64,000 nucleotides of DNA. Source: Antedon mediterranea (taxonomy: Eukaryota > Animalia > Echinodermata). A model generated the notes under the pieces. That model made no database searches, was not told where the DNA came from, and saw nothing but the letters and a program-made list of their open reading frames with translations. The DNA is taken from contig NC_092673.1 in the NCBI RefSeq assembly GCF_964355755.1, forward strand, positions 9,982,001-10,046,000. Direction: 5' to 3'. The position numbers and the translations under genes were made by a program. Shown one piece after another: positions 57,969 through 64,000 of this stretch (the first letter of the stretch is position 1; every line of letters starts with the position of its first letter).

Positions 57969-59052
57969 GGCCCTGTTCAGACCCATGGCGTTAGACCGTT
58001 TTAGCGTACAACGTTACTATCAAGGTCACGTTACAAACCGCAGAGAAAAAAACGAGGTGTTCAGACCCATAGCGTACGATTATCGTTACAACGGAAGTAC
58101 GTCATCCAGGTTGTTTCTAGTTGCATATTCATGTGCTCTTACCCACGTGTTTTCATCATTATTTCCACTGTATATAGGCCTAGATCTCAGCCCTACAATT
58201 ATGACAAAATTTGCCGTAAATAAAACATACCTCAGCATTTATTTAAGAAAAATATAGTAAAGCCAAATTTCTGTTTCTATTGTTTTTATTTTGTTTGTAG
58301 TAAAAAACATTTTCCCCAGGCTCTTGTGTTACGAAAATAAAGCAGGCCTCGTAATGATGAAGAAAAAAATGATTGTCATTAGTCTATCCAGTCCCGTCAA
58401 AGATATATATTCTTTGGTCCAGTCGGTTGAAAATAACCCTTAACTTGCTAATAAAAGGGACACAGCTCCCCTTGTTTGTTTACTGATTTTTTTAGGAGTT
58501 AGGGGGTTTTCAGCATTAAACTTGTCCAGTCTAGTCTGCCTTGTATGAATGACTGACTTGATGTCCCACGCTAGTTTTTAGCTTGAATGAAATGCGTGAA
58601 TGGCTCTAGGCCTAGCTAGGCCTAAAAAGCGGATGGGGTCGTAGTCCCTATGTTTAAATACAAGGTGCATGTATATATTTATGTCATTTGTTAGAAAATA
58701 TAATGGTAATCAGTTGATAATAGTTTGTAGCCTTTGTAACAGTTGTATTTGTAGTGTAGTTAGGCCTTATTTATTCTGGCCTTTTTGTTATTGAAATCCA
58801 TCTCACACATTGACTATACAAGATGTCAGCCTAGGTCAAACCTTGTTTCGCGTCATAACAGGAAACGTTCTGATTGGATACAACGTTGACTTACAGTAGC
58901 GTCGTACGCTAAAACGGTACTATCAACCGTTTCCCACTACAACGCTACAACCGTTGTACGACGCGTTGTACGCTAATCCCCAACTGTTCAGACACACATT
59001 CTTTTAGCGTCGTACGCTAAAACGGTCTAACGCCATGGGTCTGAACAGGGCC
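57969..59052. mobile_element. PIF/Harbinger-like MITE (1084 bp)
   Basis: About 41-bp perfect TIR GGCCCTGTTCAGACCCATGGCGTTAGACCGTTTTAGCGTAC; TSD ATA. Confidence 0.85.
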
Positions 59053-59801
59053 ATAGTAGGACTGGAGCTTAAGTTAGCCATTAATCATAGCCATTTCAGT
59101 TTTTTGTTTATTTTAAAACATACCGTGTGTGTGTGAAGGTACAGTAGTTAAATAATAGGAATTATACTGCAAATTAATAAAGATCAAATTAAATATACGC
59201 CATAAAGAATCAGAATATATTGTGGGGAATAGTATTATAAAATTACATAGGGAGATTTGATGATAAGACATTTTTCGAGTGAAATCCTGATAGCTGAGTT
59301 TTATTGAGTAAGCTTGCAGGAATAACTGTAGGCTATCTTCCTGTGTCCCGTTAGGACCGAGATGTCTGCCCATGTTGCAAGCCGTACCATCTTCTTTCTT
59401 GGGCCCACTCTGTCACGGCAGTTAGTTTCAAAAGATGATTAAATTAAATAATGTATTAATAATTATTAGGATGGTATTCATTTGAATAAACGCCTCTCCA
59501 ATACCAGTTTTCATATCTATTTTATTAGAGGATTTCATTTGATTATAAATGTTACCATATTATTAAAACTAAAAAATTTAACATATATCCCTCGAATAAG
59601 CATCTCCCTCAAATGACCTCCGCCTCCCCAAAGGGCCCTACCAAACAATAAAAACTATACTTTAAAATGTTATTAATCATCTAAAACACTGTGAAACAAA
59701 GTAGTTTAGTTTTACGAATGTCAAGCATTTTCAATAATGGTAACCGACAGAAAACGTATAAGGAGAACATTATCATTCCGAGAAGATATCGTCTACACTT
59801 C

Positions 59802-59838
59802 CTAGAGGGGGAGCGAGCGAAGCAAGCTCACCCTCTAG
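59802..59838 (+). mobile_element. Helitron 3' terminus (5' end possibly A|TCTAT at about 59516)
   Basis: Hairpin AGAGGGGGAGC-GAGCGAAGCAA-GCTCACCCTCT ending CTAG|T. Confidence 0.55.
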
Positions 59839-61702
59839 TTATAACAAATTTATTGAAGCACAATTTGGTCTTTTATTCAATCACCCTATACAAAGAAAAA
59901 TTGTTGTGATTAAGGGTCAAATGTCAATATTGACCAATCATTGAACGTACCTATAAAACCAAATAAAAACTAATATTTAACAAAAATTGTTTTCTCATCT
60001 TGTTAATCATACCCAATGTAATTTGTAAAAGAGCAAATACATCATTTCATCAATTGACATAAGGTAAATTTTATCAGTTGACCTAAGGTTAAAGGTCAAC
60101 ATTTTAATATGCATACTAGTTACCAAATAAATGCAAAGTTGTCCAAACTATGATATCGATGGTTTTACAAGTAATCAAATTATTTGATCAGTAAAGTTAT
60201 GTTATTTCAGTATAGTTTGAATCAATATAATTATAACTCTGTAATTAACCAAATCAGACATAAAATGTTACATTGACCTTGAATAAAATAAATGGTTAAA
60301 GCACAACTTATAAAACTTTTCAAAATTCATTTTGCAGAGATTGGTCAGAACATGGTTGCCTGAAATATTCCTTTTGAGGCAATAAACTATCTGATTTGAT
60401 CTGCTTCTTTACGTTGGCAATATATAATGTTGGTTTTTATTTGTCTAGGTACTCGGATAACTGAGAATACTATTTTATGTTATGTACTTGTGCACCTTAA
60501 CTGGTAAACAAAATACAATTATGTGGTTTTTGTCTAGATTTGGTAGCTTCAATGTAAAGTTTACAGATCAGTTTCACATAATATAATATAAATTTCAATT
60601 CAATCAATCAACTTGAGCAATTTTGTGGATAAACGTCTACAAATCTTACTATATTATTGGTTATCTTTTTTTTTTTATCCCATTACAATCAGAACATAGT
60701 TCATAGTTCAACTAGTATGTCCAGAATATTTACATACAGTACCAACCTTAGTGAATAGATAAATCTGGAATCCATGTACATGTAATGATTTTACATTTTA
60801 ACTATCCAAACACTAGCTGGTGCACAGAAGGACATATTCTTGCATTGCTATCATTAAAATGATTCTAAAAGAGATGATTAACGCTGACTTTTGTTGTAGA
60901 GCGCACATGTTTCACAACTTCCAGACACTATTCTGTGAAAGTATTTTGGTCATTTGGTCTAGTTCTGCAAACAAATTTTATTACATAATCATTTACAGTG
61001 AACACAATCATTCCAAGCATTGCTTTTTTATATTAGTTGACATTTACTTGGTTCTATTAGTCTCCGTTTAATCTTCATTTTATCCTAATAGTCTATTCTT
61101 TTCCAATACTATGTAATGTTTTATTATGATAAGCTTAAATTGAAATGAAAATATCTTACGTTCGTTAGCATAAAGAAGAGAATCAGATGAGTTTATTCTC
61201 TCCTGACATCATACTGCTAACTGTAAACAGTATATATATGCAACCTTGGGAAAAATAGACCTTATTACAAAATTTGTACTACACTATGCACAGGAAAACT
61301 ATCTGTGGCTATAGCAACCATATCGAAACTCATATAAAAATTGTGGTCTGTCTGTGTAGTGAGTTGTGGATTCCAGTTTTTATTAGCCAATAAAAGTAAA
61401 AATCTAAAGCATTATTGACCAAGATTATAGATCTGAGTAAATGTGTCATCAACTAGGGAAACAGGCCGCAATATTCTCTTAATATTTTAAAAAGGGAAAG
61501 AAGTCCTGATGGTCTCTTATGAAAGGTAATCATTGAAATATTTGAAACATACAGTATTTGCAGAACTTGACAATGAAAAGACAAACACATATAGATAGAT
61601 AGATAGAAATCTTTCTTTATTCTGGATATTCATTCATTATTTGTACATTTGTTCTTCCTTGAAGTCCAGTTAACACTTACAAATTACAAATATAAACAAT
61701 AA

Positions 61703-63227
61703 CTAGATTTGAACTCGTCACTTTGACGAGTTAGTTATCCGCACGACACCACGCGCACGTCATACGTTGGAATTTTGCACACGGAAAAAGATTATGTCAT
61801 TATGACCTGAACTGAAGAATATCATATGCTGTTAGTGCTGAATTCTGTCAATTTTGTGTCATATAGTATACAGTATAAACAGTATAATCTGTATACATGT
61901 TACATACAGTGTAGAATAGGTGAAATTACAGGACCCCCCGTTTATTCCCATTTTTAACATGGCTATGGTATCAAAATGAAATACTAAGATAGCAATTTCG
62001 GAAGGACATTATCTCAGCAACAACATATTAACGTGTAGAAAAAATTTGAATACGTAAAATATAGATGCGCGCTCTTTTAATTGTGATGAACTATGACGCA
62101 AAAGATGAAAATACGACTTTTTTTTATTCAACTGGCCATATGATGACGTCACAACGTCGGATTGGAAAAATGTTCACATGAATTCGTATCTACAATACAA
62201 TAGCTTCCAGAAAATGTTTTAATCATGATTATCGTTTTTTATTCTGACGCGTCTATAACAGATTGAAAGTTACTGTAAAGATGAAAATAAGTGACCCACG
62301 TTATTTACATTTTTAGACATGATGACGTCTTAAAAATTAAAATATTTTTTTCCTCATGCGGAAGATAATTGATTGACCTAGACAATATCAAAATCGGGGT
62401 GAAAATGGAAAACGGATAAGGGGAGATGCGCTCTATTAAATGTGATGCGCTATGATAAAAGATACAAAAATTCTATATTTTATATTCGAGTGGCCATACG
62501 ATGACGTCATAATGTCTGGTTAGCCATATTAATGTATGATCCGATATCTACAACTCATCAACTTCCAGAATATGTAATAAAAACAACTTTCACCATTTAG
62601 TTTAGAAACTACGACTGTTTAAAAAAGGCACAATTTTGACAAATTTTGACGAATTTTTGAAATTTTTTTATCTAAAACGCACGTAAATTATCAAATTCGA
62701 CGTGCCCGTATGACGTAATTTTAAGTCAAAATTGTTTAAAAGTTGGTATTACTAGAAAAGGCTGGAAAAACATAAATCATTCGAAAAAATTATGTCTTAA
62801 CGCGACGTGCGCAGCGCGCGCGTAAAAATTTGCGTTCACTTGGGAATTTTTGACATGCTCAAAATGACATGAAACGCGTAGAAAGTTTATTAGAAATTGA
62901 TTTTCCGCATTTTGAAATTTTAAACACGCGTGCGCATTTAACTTCGTGTGAAACATGCCATTTTTTTTCCACAGCTACTTAGCGCAAAACATAAATTAAA
63001 CTTTTGCTAAGTTTCAAATTAAAATGTTATATGGTTTTCGATCTATGTTAAAAACGCGAAATTCATAAAAACGCGCGTAAGTCACGTTGCGCAATTCTGA
63101 CGTCATTCACAATAGCAGGTGCACAACTTCATGTGAATGCCCACATGTTGACAAAGTTATGAAATGTTATGTTTACACGTTTTAGAGATAACCTTTGCAC
63201 AAAAATGACAGAAAGAAAGAAGACAGA
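61703..63227 (-). mobile_element. Helentron-like family A copy, interrupted near its 5' end
   Basis: CTAG..AACTCGTCACTTTGACGAGTTAGTTATCCGC on plus; body matches 45620-46870 reversed. Confidence 0.85.
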
Positions 63228-64000
63228 CTAGACATGAAACTCGTCACTTTGACGAGTTAGTTATCCGCACGACAAACGCCACGTGCACGTCATGCGTTGG
63301 AATATTGCACACAGAAAAAGATTATGGCATCATGACCTGAACTGAAGAATATTATATGTTTTTATTGCTGAATTCTGTTATTTTGTGTCATATTATTCAC
63401 AGTATAATCTTTATACATATTACATACAGTGTAAAATAGGTGAAATTACGGGACCCGCCATTTATTCCAATTTTTAACATAGCAATGGTATCAAAATGAA
63501 ACACTAAGATAGCAAGTTCGGAAGGAAATTATCTCAGCAACAACATATTAACGTGTAGAAGAAATTTGAATACGTTAAATATTGATGCGCGCACTTTTAA
63601 ATGTAATGAACTATGATGTAAAAGATGAAAATATAACTTTTTTTATTTAACTGGCCATATGATGATGTCACAACATCCGATTGGCAAAATGTTCACATGA
63701 TTTCATATCTACAATCCAATAGCTTCCAGAAAATGTTTTAATCGTGATTATCACATTTTATTTTTACGGGCTATTACAGATTAAAATTTACTGTAAAGAT
63801 GAAATTAATGACCCACGTAATTTAAATTTTTAGGCATGATGACGTCATAAAAATTAAAATATATCTCATGCGAAAGATAGTTGATTGACCTAGACAATAT
63901 TAAAATCTCGGAGAAAAAGGAATACGTATAAGCGTGATGCGCTCCATTGAATATGATGAGCAATAACGAAAGACAATAAAATCCTATATTTTACATTCGT
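63228..64000 (-). mobile_element. Helentron-like family A copy nested in the previous one; runs off the window
   Basis: Same 3' terminus at 63228. Confidence 0.85.

Noticed and set aside
59840-61700. Further MRRF exon or other host exons
   Set aside because: No VTREHRE-like frame or convincing open exon found by eye

Overview
Eukaryotic, AT-rich animal DNA. The Deu-domain SINE, the TE families present and the TAGGCCTA enrichment suggest a marine invertebrate, possibly an echinoderm (inference). The window is almost entirely nested transposable elements: one Copia and four Gypsy LTR retrotransposons (two with both LTRs and a TSD), a near-intact single-ORF CR1-group LINE, two near-identical L2 copies, a DeuSINE, two decayed hAT transposases, one complete non-autonomous Helitron, at least seven Helentron/Helitron2-like non-autonomous copies, and Kolobok-, Harbinger-, Academ-, ISL2EU- and EnSpm-like non-autonomous elements. 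The only host-gene signal is two exons resembling mitochondrial ribosome recycling factor (MRRF). The most notable observations are: (i) a LINE ORF that begins with a putative signal peptide carrying N-glycosylation sequons and ending in a 2A ribosome-skip motif, upstream of PHD-EN-RT; (ii) three tiny CA..TG palindromes with 7-bp TSDs that resemble P-element excision footprints; (iii) a five-layer nest of self-targeting Helentron-like elements with co-varying subterminal hairpins; (iv) a twin-priming-like 5' inversion in an L2. All coordinates and alignments were read by eye and no searches were run.
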